Sequence record: OV754623
Length of the DNA stretch: 64,000 nucleotides
Reading direction: 5' to 3' (one strand)
Source of the DNA: Escherichia phage UGJNEcP1
Below, piece by piece: positions 48,344 to 57,863 of the stretch (the first letter of the stretch is position 1; every line of letters begins with the position of its first letter). The translations under genes were made by a program, and so were the position numbers. Below the pieces are notes generated by a model that saw nothing but the letters and a program-made list of their open reading frames with translations, ran no database searches and was not told the origin of the DNA.

Positions 48344-48418
48344 GTAATTTTCCTCATTATCATTAAACTGGAGGATTTCTCCTCCATAATCGTATCACAA
48401 TAAATGTAAAGCTTTGAC

Positions 48419-49105
48419 TTAGAAGTCGTGAGTAGAATCGGCTTCCATCGCAATAACATAACTTACTTGAGAGCTTTCAAACTTGGCTGCAACTTTATCA
48501 CCAGCTCCCCACAACATTACTTTATAGTTACCTGGCTGGATTTTCATATTAGCCATATTGATTACGAAGTTAAAGTTGTTAGAACCATCATAATCGGTAA
48601 GAGTTAAAGAATACTTAGGACGAGTTAGTCCAGAATCTTCAACTTTATTATAGCCATTGATAACAATTTTACCATCTTTATTTGTAATAGCAATTGTATC
48701 AATCTGAAGACCACGTGAAACTCGAAGCAATTGTTGAAGGTCTTCAGCTTTAATTTCAGTAATCACAGAAGCCACTGGGAATTGAATTGGCTTATTAGGA
48801 AAAACAATAGTGCTCTTGTCAGCGGCAGGCCAATAAACTGTGGAACGTGTATCTGCAATTTTAATATTGCCATCGGTGTGCATTGAAATTTCAGCATCAT
48901 CAGACACTAGACTCAAAATGCTTAAGAAGCTATTCAAATCATAAAGTGCTACGTCAAAATCAATTTCATCAGAGATATTTGCTTCCGCATAAGTGGTGCC
49001 ATTAACTGCACGAGTCATAATAAATTTACCTTGACTCAGCAGAATGCCAGAGTTAATAGAGGCAAAGTTTTTCAGAATAGCGATAGTATCTTTAGACAGT
49101 TTCAT
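48419..49105 (-). CDS. 45: Sliding clamp gp45
   Basis: About 228 aa from MKLSKDTIAILKNF; position and length as T4 gp45. Confidence 0.85.
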   Translation of the reverse strand: MKLSKDTIAILKNFASINSGILLSQGKFIMTRAVNGTTYAEANISDEIDFDVALYDLNSFLSILSLVSDDAEISMHTDGNIKIADTRSTVYWPAADKSTIVFPNKPIQFPVASVITEIKAEDLQQLLRVSRGLQIDTIAITNKDGKIVINGYNKVEDSGLTRPKYSLTLTDYDGSNNFNFVINMANMKIQPGNYKVMLWGAGDKVAAKFESSQVSYVIAMEADSTHDF

Positions 49106-49147
49106 TTTATTTCCTTTCAAGACAATTCAAAGTTTATAACAAATTTA

Positions 49148-49564
49148 TTATGCAGCAACCATCTGCTTTTTAATAGCTTCAGGCAGTGATTCAATATATT
49201 CTGGAATTTTAGAAGCAACAATTTCGCCAGCTGCAATTAGTTGTTCGTCGGCATCAACACAATAGAAATCTTCCAGACGCTCAGAACCGTCTTTATCAAG
49301 AACGATTTTTCCGCCGGCTTCAATAGAATCTTTATAGTGCTTACGCATCAGATGAATCCACATATCAGATACATCGTTATCAATAAAACCATAAATCATA
49401 AAACGAGTTTCTTGTGGCAAAGATTGGAGTTTTTTAGCACTTGCGTCATCACAATGCAGGACCCATGCTTTACGAACACGATTATGGTTATGTGGGTTAG
49501 CGTCAGTACGGATAGAAGTAACTTTCAGATCAGCAGCAGTGAAACCTTTAGCAGTAGTAAACAT
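49148..49564 (-). CDS. RNA polymerase binding protein RpbA-like
   Basis: 138 aa between 45 and 46 as T4 rpbA; identity positional. Confidence 0.45.
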   Translation of the reverse strand: MFTTAKGFTAADLKVTSIRTDANPHNHNRVRKAWVLHCDDASAKKLQSLPQETRFMIYGFIDNDVSDMWIHLMRKHYKDSIEAGGKIVLDKDGSERLEDFYCVDADEQLIAAGEIVASKIPEYIESLPEAIKKQMVAA

Positions 49565-49576
49565 ATTATTTCTCTC

Positions 49577-49777
49577 TTATTCGTAGAAGTCGGTAACTGT
49601 CCATGCGGAATTGCGATTAGACATTATTTTATTATACTCATCTTTAAAAGCAGATTTGAGCATTTGTTCAGTAACAATATGTTCTTCACCTGAAAACGTA
49701 TTGGTCAAAACATATTTTTTAATTTCAGGGACAACGAGAAGATGTTGGCCAGTTGAATACTCCATGTTGTTCTCCAT
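49577..49777 (-). CDS. Hypothetical protein (66 aa)
   Basis: Small ORF downstream of gene 46. Confidence 0.4.
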   Translation of the reverse strand: MENNMEYSTGQHLLVVPEIKKYVLTNTFSGEEHIVTEQMLKSAFKDEYNKIMSNRNSAWTVTDFYE

Positions 49778-49819
49778 TTAATTTGATGTGGTCATTATAA
49801 CCACATCGTGTTAAAGCGT

Positions 49820-51508
49820 TTATGAAACAGTCATTACAGTAAATCGTCCAACTTTGCTCATTTGAAGATGTTGTCCATAACGTTGAGGGTCATGGTCTCG
49901 ATGAGAGATAATGAACACATTAGTATTTTGTAAACTTCCAAGAATGGTATCTATAGCCTTAACAGCCTCAGAATCGACAGCCCCGTCAAAAACCTCATCA
50001 AGAATCAGAGTGTTGATTTTAACGCCAGAGACCTTTTCAGCAATATCTCGCCATGTAAACAACAATGCGATATCGATACGTGCCTTTTCACCTTGACTAA
50101 ATGAAGCGTAACTAAAATCTTCACGACCACGTGATTTTATAGATTCATTGAATTCTTCGTCAATAGAAAACACGTAATCAGCTTCCATGATTTTAAGATA
50201 ATGGTTAATCTGCTTGTTAAACAGAGGCACATATTTTTTAATGATAGCACCTTTAATACCAGAATCTTTTAACATATCTGTGATAATACCACGATGGTAT
50301 TTTTCAAGAACGATATCCGATTTTGTCTTAATGATTTTATCAAGTTCTTTTTGAAGCAAAGCTATCTCATCAGCATGGTCGATAAATTCTGCTGAGGCTT
50401 GCTCTATTGCAGCTTTAACTTTCTTAGCTTTATCAATAGTGGCAATCATTGCTTGTTTCTTGGTACGAATATCAGATGCAAGGTCCTGTTTAGTCTTAAC
50501 ATTAGCTCTATATTCGTCCACTAGGACACTCAGATTATCTCTGTGACATGTAAGTTGCTCGAATGAGTGATTACATTCGTGAAGCTTATCGGTAATCTTA
50601 GAGACAATAGGATCACCCTGGTGCAACTGTGATGCACAAGTAGGACATGTACCGCCATCGTGATACATCTTAATAACTTTGTTATATGAGTCAATTTTAG
50701 ATTTAATCAAGAACGCTTCTTGTCCTATCTTGTTGAATGCCTCAGTAGGGTCCTCATCAAGAACGATATTAAGTAGTCGCTCATTAGCTTCTTCGATTTC
50801 TGCTTTTAATGAACGAGCTTCTTTGGCTAGGTCGTCATACATATTCTGTAGACGCGCTACATTATCACCAGATAATTTCTTTTGACGTTCGATATTCTCG
50901 TTATAAATCTTAATTTGTTGGATAATACCATCTTTCTTGGCATCGAGAACTTGTCCCTGGGAATTAAGTTCTCGAACTTGAGCCTTATTGATTTTATCCA
51001 TTTCAGCGAGTGTGCCGACTTCTAAAAGGTCTTCGACAAGTTTTCTACGAGCAGGGGTGCTAAGAGCCATGAAAGGGGTATACCCTGCCGTCCCAAGCAC
51101 AACGATTTGTTTAAAAGACGCGTATGACATTCCGATGCTACGTTCAAATTCTTCTTGGAAGTCACGACTGCTGGCAGATTCATCAAGACGAACACCGTCA
51201 ACGGAGATTTCGAAAATATTGGGCTTTTGGCCGCGTTTAATGAAGTATTTTTTACCATCGAATTCCATCCAAAGCTCAACTAAGAGCTCTTTCTTGTTCG
51301 TGCTATTAATGATTTGTCCTTTCTTAACATCACGAAATGGTTTACCGAAAAGTCCGAAAGTAATGGCTTCTAACATCGTAGATTTACCGCCGCCGTTTTT
51401 TCCAGTGATTAATGTCTTTTGGACTTTATCTAATTGGATATCAATAGGATTCCCACCTACCGACATGATGTTTTGATAACGAACACGATTTAATTTAAAT
51501 GATTTCAT
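49820..51508 (-). CDS. 46: Recombination nuclease subunit gp46 (Rad50/SbcC-like ATPase)
   Basis: 562 aa; Walker A GKNGGGKST, long coiled-coil, C-terminal signature and Walker B LILDEVFD. Confidence 0.9.
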   Translation of the reverse strand: MKSFKLNRVRYQNIMSVGGNPIDIQLDKVQKTLITGKNGGGKSTMLEAITFGLFGKPFRDVKKGQIINSTNKKELLVELWMEFDGKKYFIKRGQKPNIFEISVDGVRLDESASSRDFQEEFERSIGMSYASFKQIVVLGTAGYTPFMALSTPARRKLVEDLLEVGTLAEMDKINKAQVRELNSQGQVLDAKKDGIIQQIKIYNENIERQKKLSGDNVARLQNMYDDLAKEARSLKAEIEEANERLLNIVLDEDPTEAFNKIGQEAFLIKSKIDSYNKVIKMYHDGGTCPTCASQLHQGDPIVSKITDKLHECNHSFEQLTCHRDNLSVLVDEYRANVKTKQDLASDIRTKKQAMIATIDKAKKVKAAIEQASAEFIDHADEIALLQKELDKIIKTKSDIVLEKYHRGIITDMLKDSGIKGAIIKKYVPLFNKQINHYLKIMEADYVFSIDEEFNESIKSRGREDFSYASFSQGEKARIDIALLFTWRDIAEKVSGVKINTLILDEVFDGAVDSEAVKAIDTILGSLQNTNVFIISHRDHDPQRYGQHLQMSKVGRFTVMTVS

Positions 51509-51759
51509 ATGTATTCTCTTCGAATGAAGTCCTCTACATATTTTAACATGTCATCTCTATCAGCAAAATATTCATCTAGTTCTGCATACATGACAACACC
51601 TGGTGCGTACTCACAGGTAACATACATTGTTCCAAAGAAACGAGGAGTTGTCTCCTCGTAATTCTCAGTCCATTCAACGATACCAATATAACCGTCACCA
51701 ATACTAAATTCGTGACGATGGATTTCATAATCAGTCTTCGTCATTATACGCATCCTCAA
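51505..51759 (-). CDS. Hypothetical protein (84 aa)
   Basis: ORF between 47 and 46. Confidence 0.45.
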   Translation of the reverse strand: MRMRIMTKTDYEIHRHEFSIGDGYIGIVEWTENYEETTPRFFGTMYVTCEYAPGVVMYAELDEYFADRDDMLKYVEDFIRREYI

Positions 51760-51988
51760 TACACGCTTCGGCCATTTTAAGAATAGAGCCAGGAGTATCG
51801 TTGTCCATTATATTAAAGCTAAATTCAATAGCCCAGTCAGTGCAGACATGAACTGCTTTAACTTCATTGCCTTCAACGCGTAATGGCTCAATCCAATACT
51901 TGATAGTGTTCTCGAATCCATCATCATCTTTAACGTCCATTTCAACTTCAAGCCTGAGTCCAGCATTGTTAAATTCATCTAAAGTCAT
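51731..51988 (-). CDS. Hypothetical acidic protein (85 aa)
   Basis: ORF between 47 and 46. Confidence 0.45.
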   Translation of the reverse strand: MTLDEFNNAGLRLEVEMDVKDDDGFENTIKYWIEPLRVEGNEVKAVHVCTDWAIEFSFNIMDNDTPGSILKMAEACIEDAYNDED

Positions 51989-53004
51989 TGTGTTGCCTCA
52001 ACATAAAGTTCGTTGGAATATTTGACCAGCGCTTCTCTGTCTTCATCTGAGATATCCGGAATCGCGTCAATATATTCTTTAATGATATCTTGAAGCGATT
52101 TAATCTCGATTTCCTGGTCGTCATCAGATTCAACACTGTTATCAACTTTAGAAACCATGCGAAGAGAGTGAACTACTTTTTCAAGTTCAGATTCAAACTT
52201 AGTCAACTCTGAATCAATTTCTGATACTATAACACGTACGGCTAGATTAGTATAATCAGAATAATTGATTTTGCCTTTAAACGGATAAGTGATTCGTCGA
52301 TGCCATGTTGTTTCATTAGGAATAAATTCCATACGTTCAACATCAGTGTCAAATACCCAGAATCCGCGAGGGTCGTTCTCATCACCTGCAGTAAGGGTCC
52401 ATGGTGTCCCAATATATTTGACGTTAGCAGCTTCAGAGATTGTGTGGAAGTGGCCAGAACAGACTTGTTTATAGGTCTTTAAGAAATCAGGTTCAAGCCC
52501 ATGAGACTTCATTCCTTTATAGAAATAAAAGCCATTCAGTTCCCAGTGCCCAACACAATACGCTGCGGAAGAAGTCTTGATGTGCTCTAAGATTTCACCT
52601 GTATTTTCTTCACACATCCATGGAACGATATCAATCAGACATCCATCAAAATCTACAGTAGTTGGATGCTCATAAATAGTAAAGTTTTCAAATTGAGTTA
52701 ACAATTCAGAAACAGTGTTAGGTGTTATTGTATTCTTAAACGCCATGTCATGGTTTCCTACCGTGACATGAACGTGAATGCCTGCTTTAGAAATCATATC
52801 AACGATTTCACGATTGAATTCCATCGTACGATGTGTTATTGCTTTACGGACGTCAAACCAATCACCGCACTGAATCCAAGTTTTAATCCCGTGTTTCTTA
52901 GAGTATTCAATTGCTTGACGAATACCATCACGTTGAATGTCTTGAACCCATGGGTCGTCTTGTTTGACTCCGATATGGAAGTCGCCTAAGTACAAAATTT
53001 TCAT
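51985..53004 (-). CDS. 47: Recombination nuclease subunit gp47 (Mre11/SbcD-like)
   Basis: 339 aa; N-terminal phosphoesterase motif ILYLGDFHIG, GNHD motif. Confidence 0.9.
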   Translation of the reverse strand: MKILYLGDFHIGVKQDDPWVQDIQRDGIRQAIEYSKKHGIKTWIQCGDWFDVRKAITHRTMEFNREIVDMISKAGIHVHVTVGNHDMAFKNTITPNTVSELLTQFENFTIYEHPTTVDFDGCLIDIVPWMCEENTGEILEHIKTSSAAYCVGHWELNGFYFYKGMKSHGLEPDFLKTYKQVCSGHFHTISEAANVKYIGTPWTLTAGDENDPRGFWVFDTDVERMEFIPNETTWHRRITYPFKGKINYSDYTNLAVRVIVSEIDSELTKFESELEKVVHSLRMVSKVDNSVESDDDQEIEIKSLQDIIKEYIDAIPDISDEDREALVKYSNELYVEATQ

Positions 53005-53056
53005 ATTATTTCCTCATTAGTTAATTCATTTTATCATCCGTTTATAAAGCAAAAAA

Positions 53057-53080
53057 GGAACTCCGAAGAGTTCCTATCCA
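53057..53080 (-). terminator. Rho-independent terminator upstream of gene 47
   Basis: Minus-strand hairpin ggaactcttcggagttcc followed by TTTTTT. Confidence 0.55.
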
Positions 53081-53247
53081 CATAGTACACCATACAGAGG
53101 CTCATTTGAACTTTTAAATCGAATGGGCTTGTATGTAATAGTTCCTTCGGCTTTAGCTTTATCATAAGACTCTTTAAAACGTCTCATTCTTTCTGCTTTG
53201 CCTTTACGGATTTTATCGAAATTTTCAGAAGTCGGGATGTTCGTCAT
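53074..53247 (-). CDS. Hypothetical small basic protein (about 55 aa)
   Basis: Hand-translated MTNIPTSENFDKIRKGKAERMRRFKESYDKAKAEG...; RBS gagaggtg; below the track cutoff. Confidence 0.35.
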   Translation of the reverse strand: MTNIPTSENFDKIRKGKAERMRRFKESYDKAKAEGTITYKPIRFKSSNEPLYGVLCG

Positions 53248-53286
53248 GCATAAGCACCTCTCAGAAAATGCCTAAATCAATTTCTC

Positions 53287-53508
53287 TCATCGTTTCCACC
53301 ATTTCTTAACTTGAAATGAATCGACCCACACGAGTTGTTTTGGGTCTGCCTTTACAATAGGCGGACAAATTTCTGTAATAGAACCGTCGTGATATTCCTT
53401 TTCAGAAATTTTAACACAAAGAGGACCTCCCAATTTAAGGGTGAACCCTGCGTTCAGCTTCAGACGTTTAAACTTTGTTTGAACTAGCGCCATTAATGAT
53501 GTCCTCAA
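53287..53508 (-). CDS. Hypothetical protein
   Basis: 73-aa ORF in the alpha-gt slot; start uncertain. Confidence 0.4.
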   Translation of the reverse strand: MRTSLMALVQTKFKRLKLNAGFTLKLGGPLCVKISEKEYHDGSITEICPPIVKADPKQLVWVDSFQVKKWWKR

Positions 53509-53791
53509 TAGCCTGACGAGTAGTAACCCACTGGATTTTAATTAACTTGTCATTATATGGTTGTCGTAGAATATCCCGAGATTTCTTAATAGCATATTCG
53601 TAAGCTTCGAAGTTGTTTTGAATTGCTGCTTCTTGAGCGTGAGCATAAAGACGGTTTAGTTCAAAACGATTCTTTTTAAGAATCTTTTCGGATTTTTTAC
53701 GTGCTTCAGCTTCATTTTTCTTTTGGATTTCTTGTAGCATTTTAGCTACTGCATCTTCTGCTTCTTTATTTTCAATAATCTCGGTAGTCAT
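53468..53791 (-). CDS. Hypothetical protein (107 aa)
   Basis: Lys/Glu-rich helical ORF in the alpha-gt slot. Confidence 0.45.
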   Translation of the reverse strand: MTTEIIENKEAEDAVAKMLQEIQKKNEAEARKKSEKILKKNRFELNRLYAHAQEAAIQNNFEAYEYAIKKSRDILRQPYNDKLIKIQWVTTRQAIEDIINGASSNKV

Positions 53792-53792
53792 A

Positions 53793-54008
53793 TTATCTCA
53801 TTAAATTAAAATAAAAACGTCCATCCTCTTCAATACAGAACTCATACTCAACCGGAGTCCCATTTATCGAAAATGACACGTCGTGTGGGTTCAAAGGGTC
53901 GATGTCAAAATTAATTTTAAATTCACGACCCAACAGTTTTACCAAATAAGGGATTGCTTCGTCAAAAGGTTCTTCTAAGTAGTTAGAGATGTCAATTGTC
54001 GTCCTCAT
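53793..54008 (-). CDS. Hypothetical protein (about 71 aa)
   Basis: From the internal Met; overlaps the gene 55 3' end. Confidence 0.35.
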   Translation of the reverse strand: MRTTIDISNYLEEPFDEAIPYLVKLLGREFKINFDIDPLNPHDVSFSINGTPVEYEFCIEEDGRFYFNLMR

Positions 54009-54549
54009 ATAAAAAATCCAAACTAGGCGAATCGCTAACAACTTCCTTCTTTTCAGCCCCAGGAGCTTTATAAGCGGATTCTTCATAATGCGTCATTTTA
54101 TCGTAGATGTCTTGAATAAACGTTTCATCTACCAACGCTACCATATCATCGTCATGACTGTCGTAGACATTATGAACGAAGTAACTATATTTCTTTGCAA
54201 CTTCCTTACGTTCTTTTTTGATACGTTGGACAAAAGCATTAAAACAAGCTCGAGTTATGTATGCATGTGGGTTATTGTACTTAGTTTCGTCGAAATTATG
54301 AAGTCCCTTAATAGAGGCTTCAATCCCATCTGCAATCATCTCCTGCTTCCAAGACTGGGTATATCCTGAAAAGTTGAAACGTTTAGACAGGCCTTCGGCA
54401 ATAAGCATAATTGCTAAACCGATGGTATCATTCTGACGAATAATTTTGTTTGGGTCTTTATTATTTAAGAGCTCCTTTTTCCACTCGATTATAGCGGCGA
54501 GAAGCTCTTTATTATTCACATAGTTATTTTTATGTTTTTGTTCAGTCAT
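53992..54549 (-). CDS. 55: Late sigma factor gp55
   Basis: 185 aa, T4 gp55 length; N-terminal NNKELL..I..WK and a sigma region-2-like segment. Confidence 0.85.
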   Translation of the reverse strand: MTEQKHKNNYVNNKELLAAIIEWKKELLNNKDPNKIIRQNDTIGLAIMLIAEGLSKRFNFSGYTQSWKQEMIADGIEASIKGLHNFDETKYNNPHAYITRACFNAFVQRIKKERKEVAKKYSYFVHNVYDSHDDDMVALVDETFIQDIYDKMTHYEESAYKAPGAEKKEVVSDSPSLDFLYEDDN

Positions 54550-54621
54550 AAGTACCTCTTAGCTCAATTCATAGGTCTATTATATCATAATATTTAGAGA
54601 CCTATCTTAAAGCACGAGATA

Positions 54622-54891
54622 CTATCGGAGCAAACAATAAGCCTGAAACACTTTTTCCATTAAACGTTTGAACTCATGGATATCGATATAAAGCTCAGGA
54701 AGTCCGGCGTTATAAAGAAAATCTAAAAAGTTCTCATGTGTTTCGTTATAGTCGCCTTCGTTTAATTGAGATACATGAGTTTCCCAAAAACCGACACCTT
54801 TAACAAATGGAAAATACGTAACTTTCATAAAGTTGTCGACGTAAAATTCGCCCAGCTTTTCTTCAGTTATAGCGATTCGAGATAGTTTCAT
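54622..54891 (-). CDS. Hypothetical protein (89 aa)
   Basis: ORF in the packed array downstream of 55. Confidence 0.45.
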   Translation of the reverse strand: MKLSRIAITEEKLGEFYVDNFMKVTYFPFVKGVGFWETHVSQLNEGDYNETHENFLDFLYNAGLPELYIDIHEFKRLMEKVFQAYCLLR

Positions 54892-55115
54892 TCTAGTTCC
54901 TTTGCTGCTTCAAGAGCAGCATCCAGCGAATCAAATTGGTCAACGAAATCAATATTCAACGCATCGTCAACCGTAGCATATAGCCACCATTGTTTAAATT
55001 CATATTCTAGAATAAATCCAGGACCTTCAATCTGAGGAAGACCTAGACTATTTGTACCAACTTCGTAACCAGCTAGACGCAGATCATTAATCAAAGTTTC
55101 TGTTAATACGCTCAT
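54888..55115 (-). CDS. Hypothetical acidic protein (75 aa)
   Basis: ORF with overlapping stop/start. Confidence 0.45.
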   Translation of the reverse strand: MSVLTETLINDLRLAGYEVGTNSLGLPQIEGPGFILEYEFKQWWLYATVDDALNIDFVDQFDSLDAALEAAKELE

Positions 55116-55444
55116 TTTACCGCCTTAACAATTTTCAAGTCAGCGAATTTTTTCTTACGTTGATTTTTCATACGACGGATAGTCTTTTCAGAGATTTCAT
55201 GTTTCTGATAAGCTTTAGATTCAACACCAAATGCAGCAACGTCAAATTCAGAAAGAATATATTGTACTAGAATTTCGCGAATAGAATTACGTCCAATTTT
55301 CTGGTCGTGTTTTTGCATGATTTCATAAAGACGGAATTCCCATGCGTCAAGAACTTGAGGAGTAACAATATTGCCGGATTCCAGAAGAGCAACAACTTTA
55401 TCGAAAGCGAAAGAATTAACTACGTTTTTGATTTTAGTAGACAT
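55112..55444 (-). CDS. Hypothetical protein (about 110 aa)
   Basis: From MSTKIKNVV with RBS gaggaaa; promoter repeat just upstream. Confidence 0.5.
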   Translation of the reverse strand: MSTKIKNVVNSFAFDKVVALLESGNIVTPQVLDAWEFRLYEIMQKHDQKIGRNSIREILVQYILSEFDVAAFGVESKAYQKHEISEKTIRRMKNQRKKKFADLKIVKAVK

Positions 55445-55481
55445 ATTATTTTCCTCGGTTATTTTATTATCCAACGAGAGC

Positions 55482-55510
55482 ATTATACTCTGCTCTCAAG
55501 AGTTTGTGCG
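55482..55510 (-). promoter_or_regulatory. Early promoter (32-bp exact repeat of the 10587-10618 element)
   Basis: TATAAT flanked by TGAGAGC / GCTCTCA; identical core to the promoter upstream of ndd. Confidence 0.5.
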
Positions 55511-55750
55511 TTATTTCGTGATAAGATAATGTAAATAGTTTGCTTGACGAACACTGATATCAACACCCATATCAAAGATACCTTTATAGAACGGGTATTT
55601 GTTTTCAGTAGAATCTAGACTAAAAGCCTTTCCACCACAACTAACGCTAATAGCATCAGTTAAAGTGTCATATACAAACTTAATAGTTGAGCCATTCACT
55701 ACAACTTCAAGACGTTTTTTCGATGTAATAATGTCTAATTCTTGTTCCAT
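55511..55750 (-). CDS. Hypothetical protein (79 aa)
   Basis: ORF. Confidence 0.45.
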   Translation of the reverse strand: MEQELDIITSKKRLEVVVNGSTIKFVYDTLTDAISVSCGGKAFSLDSTENKYPFYKGIFDMGVDISVRQANYLHYLITK

Positions 55751-55805
55751 GATATTCTCCTCAAATTGGTAGGAAGAAGTGTTATCTTCCTACCATCATA
55801 AACTA

Positions 55806-56018
55806 TTAACCGAACTTTTTAGCGCCTTTCCAGCCTTCGTACATAATTGCGCAAGTCAATAGCACAGCATGTTGGCATTCTTTGTATTTGTAAATCCAGA
55901 ACCAGCGTAAAAAGTCTTCATCCTCAACACCGTTGAGTTTCATATTGGCAAAGAATTCGGCACGTTCTTCACGAAGTTGCCATGACACAATATTTTCAGG
56001 ATTCATTTTGTGTTCCAC
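55806..56018 (-). CDS. Hypothetical protein (70 aa)
   Basis: ORF. Confidence 0.4.
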   Translation of the reverse strand: MEHKMNPENIVSWQLREERAEFFANMKLNGVEDEDFLRWFWIYKYKECQHAVLLTCAIMYEGWKGAKKFG

Positions 56019-56137
56019 GCCCCATTTTCATCGATGAACTTAATCCAGTCATTTACAGACCATTTAGTTGTATCGCCCTTTGGATTAACATTTAAAGTAT
56101 ATAATCCCTGCTTAAAAAGCATTCGTTTGATATTCAT
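56003..56137 (-). CDS. Hypothetical small protein (about 44 aa)
   Basis: From the internal MNIKRMLF with RBS gaggaa. Confidence 0.3.
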   Translation of the reverse strand: MNIKRMLFKQGLYTLNVNPKGDTTKWSVNDWIKFIDENGAWNTK

Positions 56138-56144
56138 AATTTCC

Positions 56145-56438
56145 TCAACTGTAACGATAACATTCGTTAGCTTTACGTTTGGCTTCAGTATGAGAAGTAT
56201 TATAATCATAATCTTCTTTACTGTAAACATCTTTTTTCAACTTACGAACTTCTTTGCGGAGTTGACGATTCATTTCATTCTTGACTTCAGAATCAACGCC
56301 TTTCATACGTTTCCATTTATCTGAGCGGAAAATGTTTTCAACCATGCCTTTGTGGCTAACACCGTCAGGAGCTTTACGCTTACCAAAATAGTCATAATCG
56401 CGAACTTTCAAATCTTTACGACGATATGTTTTACCCAT
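56145..56438 (-). CDS. Hypothetical basic protein (about 97 aa)
   Basis: From MGKTYRRKD with RBS gaggt; Lys/Arg-rich. Confidence 0.45.
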   Translation of the reverse strand: MGKTYRRKDLKVRDYDYFGKRKAPDGVSHKGMVENIFRSDKWKRMKGVDSEVKNEMNRQLRKEVRKLKKDVYSKEDYDYNTSHTEAKRKANECYRYS

Positions 56439-56445
56439 AAGTACC

Positions 56446-56694
56446 TCAGAGGTTGATTGATACGACACGTTTGATAAAATTAACTTCACTTACTGAAAGG
56501 TCTTTGAGACCGATTGATTCTAAACGCTGAGTAAGCGTCAACATTGGGATATAGTCCCATTGTGTTTTAGTCGTTTGATAAGTACGGACGCCATTAGCAA
56601 TTTCAACATGTAAATCGGAAATGGTAATGAATACCAGTCGCTCGTCATTAACTTTAAGGGTTAGAACAACTTTCTTTGAATCTAAACTAATCAT
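56446..56694 (-). CDS. Hypothetical protein (82 aa)
   Basis: ORF. Confidence 0.45.
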   Translation of the reverse strand: MISLDSKKVVLTLKVNDERLVFITISDLHVEIANGVRTYQTTKTQWDYIPMLTLTQRLESIGLKDLSVSEVNFIKRVVSINL

Positions 56695-56873
56695 GGCTTA
56701 ATTTCCTTCGCAATTGAACAGAAGATACCACGGTCACAAAGCATTTCACCAATTTCTGGATATTTGATTGGACGGTACCAAACATCCAGGCTTGAAACTC
56801 TGGTTATCTGTACTGCATTACCGTTGACAGAATAGTACTGGTCGACCTTAATTTCTTTATCTTCAATTGTCAT
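56691..56873 (-). CDS. Hypothetical small protein (about 60 aa)
   Basis: From MTIEDKEIK with RBS agaggaaa. Confidence 0.4.
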   Translation of the reverse strand: MTIEDKEIKVDQYYSVNGNAVQITRVSSLDVWYRPIKYPEIGEMLCDRGIFCSIAKEIKP

Positions 56874-57014
56874 TTTATTTTCCTCTATAGTAGATGGTTT
56901 AATCTTAACACATCTATTGAGGATGTAAACTGTTTTATGAAAATATTTTTGATTTGAGAGGGGCACAAGGAGATAGTGAAGTGAAGATTCCAATGGATTA
57001 TATTAGAAATGTGA

Positions 57015-57038
57015 TAAAGAAGACCAGGCGGCACCTGG
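57015..57038 (-). terminator. Hairpin/terminator downstream of the glutaredoxin-like gene
   Basis: Minus-strand hairpin gaccagg-tgccg-cctggtc followed by a T-rich tract. Confidence 0.4.
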
Positions 57039-57362
57039 TCAATCTTCTATGATATCAGAGTCATATCCTAATGAAATCAAGGACTTTTTAAACTCTGCAA
57101 TATTCTTTTGTTTCTTATCATTTAAAAATATGACAGGATAACGAATATTAAGTGAAGTGAATCCTGCACGTTTAGCAAGAGATACGATTAAAGGACGGTC
57201 ATATCCAATCTTACCATTATTAGTGAGGACTTTATAAAATGTATAAGGAGCATTGAGCTCCTTTAAAAGTTTTGTAACAGCATAACATCCTGGACAACGT
57301 CCTACTTCTTCAGGGATGCCATAGATTTCAATCTTGTTCTTTAAGTTCGAGTTTTGTTCCAC
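57039..57362 (-). CDS. Glutaredoxin-like protein (NrdH-like, CPGC motif)
   Basis: KIEIYGIPEEVGRCPGCYAVTKLL thioredoxin-fold start; probable GTG start with RBS aagga; the track ORF has a spurious N-terminal extension. Confidence 0.55.
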   Translation of the reverse strand: MEQNSNLKNKIEIYGIPEEVGRCPGCYAVTKLLKELNAPYTFYKVLTNNGKIGYDRPLIVSLAKRAGFTSLNIRYPVIFLNDKKQKNIAEFKKSLISLGYDSDIIED

Positions 57363-57645
57363 GAGAAATAATTCCTTGGTAAGCCCAATAAGGAGGATTA
57401 ACAGAATCCTCACCAGAGTTTTCTTCAGGAAAATAAACCTGGATAACAAATCCAGATGCATCAAAGGTAAAATAAACCGTAGGCAATTCACCTAACAATT
57501 CGGCACGAGCATTAATTTCTTCTAGATCTCGTTCACGTCCAGCCCAAAAACTAGGATTTAGATTACATTCGTAAAAATAATAGTCATTACCGAACATATC
57601 AAAACCCTTCCAACTCTCTACCACATACCGCTCAAAACTAATCAT
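57328..57645 (-). CDS. Hypothetical protein (105 aa)
   Basis: ORF downstream of the small membrane protein. Confidence 0.45.
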   Translation of the reverse strand: MISFERYVVESWKGFDMFGNDYYFYECNLNPSFWAGRERDLEEINARAELLGELPTVYFTFDASGFVIQVYFPEENSGEDSVNPPYWAYQGIISRGTKLELKEQD

Positions 57646-57647
57646 AA

Positions 57648-57863
57648 TTAAGCCTTTTTATCAAGAACAGAATTCAGTTTATTAGTAATTTTGCCCAAAC
57701 GTCCATTGAATTCGCTGGAGGATAAACCCTTTTCTGGAGAAATTAAACTAATCACAAAAAATACACCAATAAAAGGAATAAGAAAAATAGCTCCAACTGC
57801 CATAAACAAAAAGAACGTTACAGCTGTAAGAAAATCAGCTAAACCTTTACGAAATTTGTACAT
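57648..57863 (-). CDS. Small membrane protein (71 aa)
   Basis: Two hydrophobic segments (FLTAVTFFLFMAVGAIFLIPFIGVFFVISLI). Confidence 0.45.
   Translation of the reverse strand: MYKFRKGLADFLTAVTFFLFMAVGAIFLIPFIGVFFVISLISPEKGLSSSEFNGRLGKITNKLNSVLDKKA

Noticed and set aside
57039-57491. Full 150-aa track ORF as the glutaredoxin gene
   Set aside because: The first ~43 codons are hydrophobic out-of-frame-like sequence overlapping the 57328-57645 gene; the thioredoxin-fold start (KIEIYG...CPGC) follows a GTG with a good RBS.
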